A DNA stretch of 57,462 nt from Nostoc sp. DedSLP01 (GCA_034530875.2 JAVRCJ020000041.1:1-57462); one strand, 5' to 3'. Positions 19,653-30,183 are shown, counted from the stretch's first letter. Notes: a model not told the origin generated them from the sequence alone. Numbers and translations are program-made.

Positions 19653-21869
19653 TTATCCTTGAGCTTTTCCACACTCTATCTTCACCAAACAATTTCTCCC
19701 TTTTGCTTTTGCCTGATAAAGCCCTTGGTCAGCAGCAGCAATTAAAGTTGCCGGAGATGATTCACTATGAGGAATAATAGTTGCTACGCCAAGGCTGAGG
19801 GTGATGAATTCACTAACTAGAGAATTGGCATGAGGCAGTTTTAAGGCGCTGATATTAGTCTGGATATCTGTCGCAACTGCAATGGCTTCTTCGGCATCAG
19901 TATTTGGTAAGATGACTGCAAACTCTTCTCCACCATATCGAGCAACTAGATCGGTAGGGTGTTTAAGTGTCTGAGAGATTGTATTGGCAACGTGTCTGAG
20001 TGCATCATCTCCTGCCAGATGCCCGTGAGTATCGTTGTAAAGTTTAAAGTAATCGACATCACACAAAATCAAAGATAGCGAAGCTTCTTCTCGTGCTAAT
20101 CTTTGCCATTCGAGGTTCAAAGTGTCATCAAAGCAACGGCGATTTGCCACTTTGGTCAGACCATCTGAAGAGGCAAGGCGCTGTAATTCTTGGTTTGCTA
20201 GTTGTAATTGGTGGTAGAGTTCTGATTGTTGAATGGCGATCGCAGCTTGAGTTGCCAGCTGATTAAACAAGTTAATCTCCGATTGCTGCCATAGTCTGGT
20301 ATTAGAACACTGGTGAGCAATCAATAGTCCCCACAAACGTTTTTGCTGCAAGATAGGCACTACAAGATTTGCTCTAATTTTCAAACTCCGCAGCAGTTCA
20401 ACATGACATGGCGATAGTCCGGCAGTTTCAATATTTTCTATCGCCCTACTATTACCTTGTTGGTAATAAATTGCACCATTGGATTGAAAGCATGTGTCCA
20501 TCACATGAAATCCTAGAATGGACATACATCCTGGTGCTAATGACTCTACAGCAACTAACCCACTCCAGTCTGGCTTAAACTGATAAATCACTACTCGGTC
20601 TACATCAAACACTTGTCTTACTTCGTCTGCCGTGGTTTGTAAAATCTCATCTAACTCCAACGACTGGCGAATGCGCTGGGTGACAGCGGCGACAATTCGC
20701 TCGAACTGAGTTTGGCGTTGGACGCGCTGCTCAAATTGCTTACTAGATGACGGTGCTACAGTTAACGCCAAGGTATCAAAGTTAGGGGTCGTAGTGCTAG
20801 GTATGGCACTGGGTCTGGCAATGAGATAGCCTTGAGCAAAGGTTGCACCTCGTTCTCGCAGCCAGTTGAGTTCTTCAACGCACTCAATTCCTTCGGCGAC
20901 GGTTTGAATATTTAACTTTTGAGTAATTTCTAAAATCTTTTCGGTAATTGACGCTTTATACAGATCTTGATGCACATCCCGGATTAACTCCATGTCTAAC
21001 TTAATAAAATCTGGACGTAACTGATGCAGCAAGTTGAGGCTGGAATAGCCAGAACCAAGATCGTCAAGGGCGACCAAAAACCCACTATCGCGGTAGTATT
21101 GGAGCACAGCTTTGAGATGGGCTAAATCTTGAGGATTGTCTGACTCTACAACTTCAAAGACAATCCGTTGATGTTCAATGCCTGCTCGATCTATTGCTTC
21201 TACTGTACTGCGTAGGCAATAAACCGGGTCATAAAGCGCTGTTGGTGCAAAATTGATAAAAATGTGCCCGCTAACTTGATGACTGGTGAATTGCTCGATC
21301 GCTTTGAGACGAGCAGCTCGGTCGAGTTGTGGCAAGAGTCCGGCTTCGGTGGCTAACTCCAGGATTGCTTCTGGCGATACTAAACTGCCTTCTTCATCCA
21401 GCCCCCGCAATAGGGATTCATATCCATAAATCTGGGATGTATCTTGAATTGAGACAATCGGTTGAAAGTAACTGGTAAATCGTTCAGCTGCCAACATTTC
21501 CAATAACCACTCCGACTGATTGAGTTTAATAAATCGTTGCAATGAGGCGATGTCACTAAAATCTTGGAGTTCGGGTTGAATAGAACCTTGAATGAAAAGA
21601 ACTTGCGTTTCTTTTAATTCTCTCGGTGCGAGAAGTTGAGCCAAATTACGGGCAATTTCTTGAGCTTGTCCCGGTTTACAGTTCAAACTTAAACCTGGCC
21701 GCTGATGCATGAGTTCATACTCAACGCCTAACGGCTTTAGGTATAAGATGACTTTTGTCAAGGTATGGGAAACAGGGAACCAAAGAAAGAGCCTGCCTGC
21801 TTCTCCTGTTTGGCAGCGCAGAATATTGGAACAAGCACAAGTCTTGGAGGGAGGACATATTTGGCTCAT
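19653..21869 (-). CDS. EAL + DXCF cyanobacteriochrome GAF + GGDEF c-di-GMP signalling protein
   Basis: FQPIV/YESLLR/DDLGSGYSS/AEGIE (EAL); IRQSL, DTCF, SPCH (CBCR GAF); DGLT..NRR, RYGGEEF (GGDEF). Confidence 0.9.
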   Translation of the reverse strand: MSQICPPSKTCACSNILRCQTGEAGRLFLWFPVSHTLTKVILYLKPLGVEYELMHQRPGLSLNCKPGQAQEIARNLAQLLAPRELKETQVLFIQGSIQPELQDFSDIASLQRFIKLNQSEWLLEMLAAERFTSYFQPIVSIQDTSQIYGYESLLRGLDEEGSLVSPEAILELATEAGLLPQLDRAARLKAIEQFTSHQVSGHIFINFAPTALYDPVYCLRSTVEAIDRAGIEHQRIVFEVVESDNPQDLAHLKAVLQYYRDSGFLVALDDLGSGYSSLNLLHQLRPDFIKLDMELIRDVHQDLYKASITEKILEITQKLNIQTVAEGIECVEELNWLRERGATFAQGYLIARPSAIPSTTTPNFDTLALTVAPSSSKQFEQRVQRQTQFERIVAAVTQRIRQSLELDEILQTTADEVRQVFDVDRVVIYQFKPDWSGLVAVESLAPGCMSILGFHVMDTCFQSNGAIYYQQGNSRAIENIETAGLSPCHVELLRSLKIRANLVVPILQQKRLWGLLIAHQCSNTRLWQQSEINLFNQLATQAAIAIQQSELYHQLQLANQELQRLASSDGLTKVANRRCFDDTLNLEWQRLAREEASLSLILCDVDYFKLYNDTHGHLAGDDALRHVANTISQTLKHPTDLVARYGGEEFAVILPNTDAEEAIAVATDIQTNISALKLPHANSLVSEFITLSLGVATIIPHSESSPATLIAAADQGLYQAKAKGRNCLVKIECGKAQG

Positions 21870-21901
21870 TGGTAACTACCTTGCTCAACCCGATTGATTT
21901 T

Positions 21902-21910
21902 AGTGTTCCC
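21902..21910 (-). promoter_or_regulatory. Putative SigJ/SigF-type extended -10 box GGGAACACT
   Basis: One mismatch to GGGAATACT, ~33 nt upstream of the photoreceptor start. Confidence 0.45.
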
Positions 21911-22015
21911 CTCAAACTTCTCGTAAAAAATGAATTACAGTTCAAGTAGATGAAGATTTGATGAGAATCCAAAAGTTAAAAGTTCAAAGATGTGTAAGTT
22001 AGATACAACGGCAGC

Positions 22016-22354
22016 TTACCAGGCACGGCTGAATCCATCCCAAGCTGTCATGAAGTCAATTACTAACATACCGTTCATCATTGTTGCTATTAACAAAATT
22101 ACTGATGACAACCAATATTTTTTTAATAGTTTGAGAATTATTAATCCTATACCAATAGGAATCGAGAGCAAACTCCAAAATAAAAATATCAAATATATTG
22201 TTGTAAATTCAGTAACTTGTTGGGTTAAAGATGATGTCAAAGGCTCACCAAAAAATCTTATTAAAACATCTTCATGAAAGTACATTATTCCCAATATAAA
22301 AGTTGGTATACATAAAAATAAAAAAATTACTTCAATGCTTTTGAGTATTTTCAT
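22016..22354 (-). CDS. Small AT-rich hypothetical membrane protein (~3 TM)
   Basis: ATG overlaps the upstream stop (TGATG); three hydrophobic segments. Confidence 0.6.
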   Translation of the reverse strand: MKILKSIEVIFLFLCIPTFILGIMYFHEDVLIRFFGEPLTSSLTQQVTEFTTIYLIFLFWSLLSIPIGIGLIILKLLKKYWLSSVILLIATMMNGMLVIDFMTAWDGFSRAW

Positions 22355-24846
22355 CAAGATTTTTGCTCTTTTAATTCACGTCGTGCTGCCGCTAAAATAA
22401 TTCGTTGTTCGGCACGACCGATCGCTTGATATGTTCGCTCGATCGCTTCGGGTTCCACGGAAATCGAAGTTATGCCCCATTCAACTAAGCGATCGATAAT
22501 TTCTGGATAAAGGGCTGGTGCTTGACCGCAGATTGAACAAGGTATGCCAGCAGTTTTAGCCATTTGGATGAGTTGAGCGATCGCACCCATAACTGCTGGA
22601 TGACGTTCGTTAAATACTTTTGCTAGCTGTCCCTGTTCCCGGTCTACTCCTAGCAATAATTGGGTTAGGTCATTTGTACCAATGGAAATTCCGGCTACGC
22701 CTGCTTTGACGTATTCTGGCAATAAAAACAGTACGCTTGGAACTTCTGCCATCATCCACAATTCAAATTCCGCTACCTGCGTTAATAAAGCTTGCTCAAC
22801 TTTGCGACGACAAAAGATAAATTCTTCCACAGTCCGAACAAAGGGTAACAGCAGGTGAATATTGGTGTAGCCAGATTGCTGTACGCTGGCTAAAGCTCTC
22901 AGTTCCAACTCAAACACAGCAGGATTTCGCAGGTAGCTCAAGGTGCCGCGTTCGCCCAACATCGATGATGAAGTTTGTAGACTATCACTTAATGATGGCA
23001 AATCCGGCGATCGCCAATCTAAAGAACGATAAAAAACTGGTCTTGGTGCAAAACCCCGAGCAAACTGCATAATCTGGTCTGACCAACGTTCTAGCAATTC
23101 TGCTTGACGCCCGCCTAAAATCCAACTATTAGGATGTTGCCCATCTAAAATATTTAGTACCATCAATTCTGAGCGCAACAATCCTACTCCATCGCTAGGC
23201 AAGCTTTTTACTTGCTCTATCAAGCTGGACTGACTCAAGTTAACCAGCAGTTTGGTAGCAATCATAGGTAAACCAGAACTAACAGTAGCAGAAGACAATG
23301 AAAACGGGTTAAAGGAAAGCTCTGCTCTTGCGCTCCTGTGTTCCTCTGCTCCCTCAGAAGTTCCAATATCTTCTCTTTGAGAGACTTCTGTTCGAGAATC
23401 TTGACTAACATCAAGGTCTTTGGGAAACGGAGGAAGCCTCCGTTCAGACTTCTGTGTGCTTCCTTGCTCCTCTTGTTCCACTTTCCCACTCTCCCAATCG
23501 TTTGAGTCTGCTTTAATCCGATAAACTTCTCCTCGATCGCCATCAAGCAATAGTCGTTCGCCAGTTTGAATTAAGGTTGTTGCTGATGTTGCATTCACTA
23601 CTGCTGCTATCCCTAATTCTCTCGCCAGGATAGCAGCATGGCTGGTTAATCCTCCTTGCTCAGTGATAATTCCAGTCACGTATTGTAAAAATGGCAACCA
23701 ATCAGGCGTAATTGTTGGTACTACTAAAATTACTCCTTGAGGGATTTGTTCGGGTTTTTGCTGGGAGTTCATCATGACTAAGGCATTGGCCACAGTACGT
23801 CCTCGGGAAGCTCCTAACCCTCTAATAAAGTGTACGTGGGGAATTGATTGGGGAGTAGTAACTTGTGTTAAGTAGAGTTTGCCAGATGTAGTTTGGCTAA
23901 CAATAGTCCATTTAATAGTAAAGGTTTGACCTAGTTCGCTGACTAATTCGCTTCCCAGGCGAATTATTTGTTGTAAGTATTCTGGTTGTAAAGCGTACTG
24001 TTTTTGTTGTGCTTCTTGCAGTACGTAAGTAATTAGACAAGTTTTCTCTAGTGTTAGTGCAGAGTCTGCCAGAGATGGGGAAAAAGTTCTATGGGAAGCA
24101 TCATCAATATGATAAGCCAGCATTTTATTGCCAAGCTGTTGCTCTAGGATAATCCCGGTTTCGTTTTGAATGTAGTAGACATCTGGCAAGACTTCGCCTT
24201 GAGCGATCGCCATTCCGAGTCCCCAAGTGGCTTCAATTTCCCACCCAGAGGAGTTGGCTTTTAGCAAGCCACTGGCGATCGCATTTTCCACAGGTTGCAC
24301 CAAAATGCCTAAGTTAATTTGTTGCAGGCTAATTCCTGTGTGTTGCCAATACAATAAACTCCTGGCGCGAAATATTTGGCTCCAAGTACGCTTTAATGCT
24401 GTGGCGATCGCTTCCTCTTCGGGATGGCAAAATACAGACTCCAGTAACCCAGATATATTTTCTCTAGCTACTGTATTATTTACTGACAAAGTAGGTCGAA
24501 AAATCAAACAGCTAGTCTGCCATTCTCTGGCGGCTGTCAAAATTGCATTTACCCACTCCTGTGGGACAGTTGCAGTTAAAATCTCTTGGCGCAATCGACC
24601 AGCCACTTGCTGAAGTTGACGCCAATTACTTACATCTAGATGTAACGAAGAATGAGGCAAGTCAGCAACTAATGACTCGGAACTGTTGAGATTTTCTAGA
24701 AATTCTTGCCAAACTTCTGCCGAAACGACAAAACCAGGCACCACCGGATAGCCACGTTGGATAATTCTGCTTAAATAAAAGGCTTTGTCACCTACTTTGG
24801 CGCGGTCTTGTAGTTTAATTTGGTCTAGCCAGTAGAGTTTTTCCAC
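22354..24846 (-). CDS. PEP synthase-like (PEP-utilising) protein with a degenerate N-terminal nucleotide-binding domain
   Basis: GGLTSHAAILARELG phospho-His motif, GVGLLRSE, MAEVPS, SIGTNDLTQ, SICGQAP. Confidence 0.82.
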   Translation of the reverse strand: MEKLYWLDQIKLQDRAKVGDKAFYLSRIIQRGYPVVPGFVVSAEVWQEFLENLNSSESLVADLPHSSLHLDVSNWRQLQQVAGRLRQEILTATVPQEWVNAILTAAREWQTSCLIFRPTLSVNNTVARENISGLLESVFCHPEEEAIATALKRTWSQIFRARSLLYWQHTGISLQQINLGILVQPVENAIASGLLKANSSGWEIEATWGLGMAIAQGEVLPDVYYIQNETGIILEQQLGNKMLAYHIDDASHRTFSPSLADSALTLEKTCLITYVLQEAQQKQYALQPEYLQQIIRLGSELVSELGQTFTIKWTIVSQTTSGKLYLTQVTTPQSIPHVHFIRGLGASRGRTVANALVMMNSQQKPEQIPQGVILVVPTITPDWLPFLQYVTGIITEQGGLTSHAAILARELGIAAVVNATSATTLIQTGERLLLDGDRGEVYRIKADSNDWESGKVEQEEQGSTQKSERRLPPFPKDLDVSQDSRTEVSQREDIGTSEGAEEHRSARAELSFNPFSLSSATVSSGLPMIATKLLVNLSQSSLIEQVKSLPSDGVGLLRSELMVLNILDGQHPNSWILGGRQAELLERWSDQIMQFARGFAPRPVFYRSLDWRSPDLPSLSDSLQTSSSMLGERGTLSYLRNPAVFELELRALASVQQSGYTNIHLLLPFVRTVEEFIFCRRKVEQALLTQVAEFELWMMAEVPSVLFLLPEYVKAGVAGISIGTNDLTQLLLGVDREQGQLAKVFNERHPAVMGAIAQLIQMAKTAGIPCSICGQAPALYPEIIDRLVEWGITSISVEPEAIERTYQAIGRAEQRIILAAARRELKEQKS

Positions 24847-25078
24847 TCAATTCGTTAGTTGTCAGTTATCTATTCGTAGCTACAGCCATTTGTTATTTAA
24901 GAATGCAAACCTACAGTTACGGGCCAAAATAGTAGCTTATTAAAAAAGAATCCTCACAGAAGTATACAATCAGGTAATGCTTGAATCCCCACCTGATTCT
25001 ATTCTTCTTAAAAGCTATATTACCAATTAACCTAGTAAAAATAATTATCCATATCAGACGTCTATACCAGAATCAACC

Positions 25079-25537
25079 TTGCCAAACACTTACTATCTTG
25101 CAACTAATGATTGGTTAAATGTCAGCTTCCGGCTATGCATCGCATTACTGGTTGGAGGAATTATCGGCTTAGAACGCCAAATTAGGCGCAAACCAGCTGG
25201 TTTAAGAACTCACATGCTTGTGAGCTTAGGTTCAGCTTTATTTACCATCATACCTCTGCAAACAGGCGAGCTACAGACCAGTCCCGATGCGTTGAGCCGC
25301 GTCATTCAAGGAATTGCAACCGGTGTGGGATTTCTCGGCGCTGGAGAAATTGTACGTCAATCTTCCCAACCGTCACAGCAACTCGAAATTCACGGACTCA
25401 CATCAGCAGCCGCGATTTGGGTTTCGGCTGCTTTGGGAATTGCCGCTGGCTGCGGTTTATGGCAGTTAGGATTAACTGGTGGTATTCTCACTTTTTTAGT
25501 TCTCAAGGTTTTTAAAAGCTTAGAGAAACACGAGTAG
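25079..25537 (+). CDS. MgtC/SapB family protein
   Basis: IGLERQ..KPAGLRTHMLV, GVGFLGAG, GLTSAAAIW. Confidence 0.9.
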   Translation: MPNTYYLATNDWLNVSFRLCIALLVGGIIGLERQIRRKPAGLRTHMLVSLGSALFTIIPLQTGELQTSPDALSRVIQGIATGVGFLGAGEIVRQSSQPSQQLEIHGLTSAAAIWVSAALGIAAGCGLWQLGLTGGILTFLVLKVFKSLEKHE

Positions 25538-25868
25538 TCATTATTTTTAGTTAAAAAACCGCCCGCGGGGTGAAGCAGTGCGGTTTTGGGGTTTTCCCAA
25601 GACTGCCCTGCCTTGCGGGGCATATACTAAGCGTATCTGTAATGAGTAGCTTTAATCACTTATTACTTATATGCTGAGTAAGACCAATGTTGAGAAAATA
25701 TTGAGAAAATATTTTGTGCTGCGAAAATTTGAGAATTTTAGATTGATAAGTAAGCAGACATAATTAAATGTAAAATCCAAACCAGGGAAACCTTTTACTG
25801 TTGAGGATTTTACCTCCTGCCTCCTGCCTTCTACTTATATCTCAAGAAAGATCGGTTTTGCCCTCAGT

Positions 25869-27017
25869 TTATGATGCGCGTGATAACTTTTTGCGTAAGT
25901 TACCAATTGGAGACTCTATAAATTGATAGATGAGATAGGCTAACCCTAAGGAAATTAATAGAGCAATTCCTCCTTGAGCAACTTTAGGGAACTGGGGTAG
26001 ATATATCCGCACGCCGAAGATTACAGTGTAATGAACTAGGTACAGCGAGTAAGAAAGTAATCCAATAAAACGTACCCAGTTGAAATTTACTATGGGAAAT
26101 AACCCCCACTTAGGGAAGCGAATAGCAGTAAAAAAGATTGGGTATAATCCAATCCCTTGTATCGTATAACCAAAACTTTCTTGAAATTCTGGCGAACGAT
26201 AAAGTAATGAAAAAAGAATCAAGATTATGCCTGCAGGGAAAAAGAAATACTGCCAAACTTTATTAGCGTAATGTTGAACATCCAGCATTGGATTGTTGTA
26301 AACTGCCAATGCACAACCGAATAGAATCCCATCTACTCTAGTATCTGTTGCATAAAACGAACGATCTTCAGATACTCCAAAACCATAAATCAGAATGCAC
26401 CGCCAAACTAAAACAACCAAACATAATCCTAAAATAGTCAACAGTTGTTTGGCTGGACTGACACGCAGTTTACGTAAAGCTAGATAAAGTAGTGGGAAAA
26501 GAAGATAGAAGTGTTCTTCAACAGCAAGAGACCAATATACCCAACTACCAAGAGTTACTCCGTGACCGTCACTAAAAATTCTGTAGTAGTTGGCATAGTG
26601 CAGAACTTGAGATAAAAAGGCTGGTAAATAAATTTCTCCTCTCAGGAAGCCGAAAGCAGTTAAAGCAGTTCCGACGAATAAGACTAGATAAAATGATGGC
26701 CAAATACGTAGTATTCGTCTCAGATAAAAGAGCTTAAAATCTAGAGTTTCATAGCGATCGTATTCTCTTCTGAGAAGAGTTGTGATTAAGTAGCCACTCA
26801 GAAAGAAAAATACTGTTACACCTAAGCCTCCAGGAACCAGTTTTCCTAATCTTGCATGGGATAAAAAAACTAATAGAAAGGCAAATGCTCTAATGCCATC
26901 AAGGGATGGTATGTAGAATTTTCCATGAGCATTTGTACCTGCTGAAAATTGTGTACTAGTTTCTGCTGAGGTTATTGAGGATTTTTCCAACACTCTTGGC
27001 TCCTTAAGGTAGAACAC
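25869..27017 (-). CDS. Acyltransferase family 3 (OafA-like polysaccharide O-acyltransferase)
   Basis: SLDGIRA, FFFLSGYLIT, FYLRRILRIWP, WSLAVEEHFY, SYSLYLVH. Confidence 0.88.
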   Translation of the reverse strand: MFYLKEPRVLEKSSITSAETSTQFSAGTNAHGKFYIPSLDGIRAFAFLLVFLSHARLGKLVPGGLGVTVFFFLSGYLITTLLRREYDRYETLDFKLFYLRRILRIWPSFYLVLFVGTALTAFGFLRGEIYLPAFLSQVLHYANYYRIFSDGHGVTLGSWVYWSLAVEEHFYLLFPLLYLALRKLRVSPAKQLLTILGLCLVVLVWRCILIYGFGVSEDRSFYATDTRVDGILFGCALAVYNNPMLDVQHYANKVWQYFFFPAGIILILFSLLYRSPEFQESFGYTIQGIGLYPIFFTAIRFPKWGLFPIVNFNWVRFIGLLSYSLYLVHYTVIFGVRIYLPQFPKVAQGGIALLISLGLAYLIYQFIESPIGNLRKKLSRAS

Positions 27018-27612
27018 AATAGGCTCAAAACTTTATGCGATAAAAGTGCAGTAATTTATCAGGCATACCGCACTTTTACATAAATTTTTAAATTTTTACA
27101 ATTTTTATGATACGATGATTATTAAAAATTTTTGCAATTATTAAATACGTATATTATTAAGTACATTCACTAAGATTTTTCGCTACGGTAGTTTTCGATC
27201 GAAAACTAAATCTCCAGCAAACGCTTATAAATCAATATTTTCATCGGCCTTTTCATGCTTTTTATCCGGAATTCAACGGTTTAATACACTGAGTCTACAA
27301 GTAGAGTTAGTGGCATTCCGGATATGAATCTTCGCCTCAACAACATCTGGTGAAAATCCAAACCCGCCCTAATTAGCAAGCTGTAATCTCTAGTCCCTAA
27401 AGAAAGTTAAGATTCTATTAGGTAATAATCCAATTTCCTAAGTTTTATTACGGCAGCGATCGTGAAAACACCAATCTGCTCTTGCTTTTATTTGCATCCA
27501 GTTAATAGCTAAGATGCTGACTACGCTTGTCTTTCGTTATTTTCAAGAGAAGTCAGGAGCTTCTGCCTTCCTTAAATCAGAACTTCGGTAAATTTGGAAT
27601 TTTGAATTTTTT

Positions 27613-28683
27613 ATGTACGATGTCCTTGATTCTCATTCTGTCCTAGAAGTGTTGCGACCAGTGCAAGATCCAGAACTCCGCAAAAGTCTGGTAGAACTGA
27701 ATATGATTCGCAACGTCAAAATTGATGGTGGTAAGGTTAGTTTTACTTTAGTTCTAACTACTCCCGCCTGTCCTTTACGTGAATTTATCGTTGAAGACTG
27801 CCAAAAAGCTGTAAAAAAATTACCAGGCGTTACAGATGTAAGTGTAGAAGTAACGGCAGAAACACCCCAACAAAAAAGTTTGCCAGACCGCACTGGCATT
27901 TCTGGGGTAAAAAATATCATTGCAATTTCTAGCGGCAAAGGTGGTGTCGGTAAAAGTACTATAGCCGTGAATGTCGCAGTAGCTTTAGCCCAAACAGGGG
28001 CGAAAGTCGGCTTACTAGACGCTGATATTTACGGGCCTAATGACCCAACAATGCTGGGACTAGCTGATGCCGAAATTGCTGTACGCTCAACTGAAAAAGG
28101 TGAAATCCTCGAACCTGCTTTTAATCACGGCGTCAAATTAGTTTCAATGGGCTTTTTGATTGACCGAGATCAACCAGTGATTTGGCGGGGGCCAATGCTA
28201 AACGGTGTAATTCGCCAGTTTCTCTATCAAGTGGAATGGGGAGAACTCGACTATTTGATTGTAGATATGCCACCAGGAACCGGCGATGCTCAGTTAACTT
28301 TAACCCAAGCAGTACCGATGGCAGGAGCAGTAATTGTCACCACACCCCAAAATGTGGCATTGTTAGATTCTCGTAAGGGATTGCGGATGTTCCAGCAGAT
28401 GAACGTTCCAGTATTGGGAATCGTGGAAAATATGAGTTATTTTATCCCGCCAGATATGCCAGATAAGCAGTACGACATTTTCGGTTCTGGAGGTGGTTCC
28501 AAAACAGCCGCTGAATTGGAAGTGCCACTTTTAGGCTGCGTACCGCTGGAAATTTCCACGCGTGTCGGCGGCGATAGTGGCGTACCAATAGTAGTTGCTG
28601 ACCCAGATTCAGCTTCAGCAAAAGCATTAACAGCGATCGCTCTGACAATAGCTGGCAAAGTCTCAGTCGCAGCTTTGACATAA
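27613..28683 (+). CDS. mrp: Mrp/NBP35 (ApbC) Fe-S cluster carrier ATPase
   Basis: VQDPEL, LTTPACP, SGKGGVGKST, DADIYGP, DMPPGTGD, ENMS. Confidence 0.93.
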   Translation: MYDVLDSHSVLEVLRPVQDPELRKSLVELNMIRNVKIDGGKVSFTLVLTTPACPLREFIVEDCQKAVKKLPGVTDVSVEVTAETPQQKSLPDRTGISGVKNIIAISSGKGGVGKSTIAVNVAVALAQTGAKVGLLDADIYGPNDPTMLGLADAEIAVRSTEKGEILEPAFNHGVKLVSMGFLIDRDQPVIWRGPMLNGVIRQFLYQVEWGELDYLIVDMPPGTGDAQLTLTQAVPMAGAVIVTTPQNVALLDSRKGLRMFQQMNVPVLGIVENMSYFIPPDMPDKQYDIFGSGGGSKTAAELEVPLLGCVPLEISTRVGGDSGVPIVVADPDSASAKALTAIALTIAGKVSVAALT

Positions 28684-28721
28684 TAAATTTTAATTTCTAT
28701 CTGCTTCCTGGGCTATGGTCT

Positions 28722-28730
28722 GGGAATACT
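28722..28730 (+). promoter_or_regulatory. Putative SigJ-type extended -10 box GGGAATACT upstream of rodA
   Basis: Exact GGGAATACT in the mrp-rodA spacer, sense orientation. Confidence 0.5.
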
Positions 28731-28868
28731 AAAAATTGGGCATTGGTATGCGTAAGTATAATTTCCGATCGCCAATGCCCAATGACGCCAGTCGCCTCAA
28801 GTCGGTAAATCCGCCTACAGCGCTGGCTCCCCAATGCCCAACTTAAATCTAAAATCTAAACTGGCACA

Positions 28869-30182
28869 ATGTTATTAAAGCGATCGCTTCCCAAAATTCA
28901 TTGGAAATCTTGGGTTAAGCCCTGGCAATATGTAGATTGGTTACTATTTTGTTTACCGATTGCTGTCAGTATTTTTGGCGGCGTTACAATCCTGAGTACG
29001 GAACTCAAGCAACCTGTAACTGATTGGTGGTGGCACTGGTTGGTAGCGGGTATCGGTGTCTTAATAGCACTTTTGTTAGCTCGAACCCGTTACGATATCT
29101 TGTTGCAGTGTCACTGGGTAACTTACGCACTTACGAATTTCAGCTTAGTTGCCGTGATGATTGCAGGTACTAGCGCTAAAGGAGCACAACGGTGGATTAG
29201 CGTTGCTGGCTTTAACGTCCAACCCTCAGAGTTTGCTAAAGTCGGCATGATTATTACCTTAGCGGCGTTGCTACATAAGCGCACTGCTTCCAAAATCGAA
29301 AGCGTTTTCTACGTATTGGCAATTACCGCTATACCTTGGGGATTAGTATTTTTACAGCCAGATTTAGCAACATCATTAGTATTTGGTGCGATCGTCTTGG
29401 GAATGCTTTACTGGGCAAATGCTAACCCAGGGTGGCTAATTCTGATGATTTCCCCTGTAGTTGCTGCAATTTTGTTCAGTATATCTTGGCCTTTAGCACA
29501 GCCGATAGTTTTATTTAAAGAGCTAGCTTTTGGGCCGTTGGGCTTGGTTTGGTCGGTTGCAATGGCTATTATCGGCTGGCGAACTCTGCCGTGGCGTAGA
29601 TTTGGTTTGAGTGCGATCGGTGCTTGGAGTCTCAATATACTAGGCGGCGAATTAGGAGTTTTCGCCTGGAATCATATTTTGAAACCGTATCAAAAAGACC
29701 GACTCACTGTATTTATGGATCCCGATCACGATCCCCTTGGTGCTGGGTATCACTTGATTCAATCTCGGATTGCTATTGGTGCTGGGGAAATTTGGGGATG
29801 GGGTCTGTTCAAAGGGCCGATGACGCAGCTGAATTTCGTCCCAGAACAGCATACAGACTTTATTTTCTCCGCAGTTGGTGAAGAATTCGGCTTTGTTGGT
29901 AGTTTGGTAGTACTTTTTGTTTTTTGCTTAATTTGTTTTCGCTTACTCCACGTTGCTCAAAACGCCACAGACAATTTTGGTTCTTTGTTAGCCATTGGCG
30001 TTTTATCGATGATTGTATTTCAGGTGATTGTAAATGTTGGTATGACTGTAGGCTTAGCGCCTGTTGCAGGCATTCCTCTACCTTGGATGAGTTATGGGCG
30101 TTCAGCCATGCTGACTAACTTCATCTCCCTGGGAATAGTAGAATCGGTAGCAAATTTTCGCCAACGGCAGAAGTATTATTGA
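28869..30182 (+). CDS. rodA: Rod shape-determining protein RodA (SEDS family)
   Basis: GAQRWI, QPSEFAK, LQPDLAT, PEQHTDFIF, GIPLPWMSYG. Confidence 0.92.
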   Translation: MLLKRSLPKIHWKSWVKPWQYVDWLLFCLPIAVSIFGGVTILSTELKQPVTDWWWHWLVAGIGVLIALLLARTRYDILLQCHWVTYALTNFSLVAVMIAGTSAKGAQRWISVAGFNVQPSEFAKVGMIITLAALLHKRTASKIESVFYVLAITAIPWGLVFLQPDLATSLVFGAIVLGMLYWANANPGWLILMISPVVAAILFSISWPLAQPIVLFKELAFGPLGLVWSVAMAIIGWRTLPWRRFGLSAIGAWSLNILGGELGVFAWNHILKPYQKDRLTVFMDPDHDPLGAGYHLIQSRIAIGAGEIWGWGLFKGPMTQLNFVPEQHTDFIFSAVGEEFGFVGSLVVLFVFCLICFRLLHVAQNATDNFGSLLAIGVLSMIVFQVIVNVGMTVGLAPVAGIPLPWMSYGRSAMLTNFISLGIVESVANFRQRQKYY

Positions 30183-30183
30183 T

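Noticed and set aside
25746..25838. Possible further MITE (ATAAGTA...TACTTAT) beside the acyltransferase
   Set aside because: Only a 7-bp inverted match, no clear TSD and no second copy in the window
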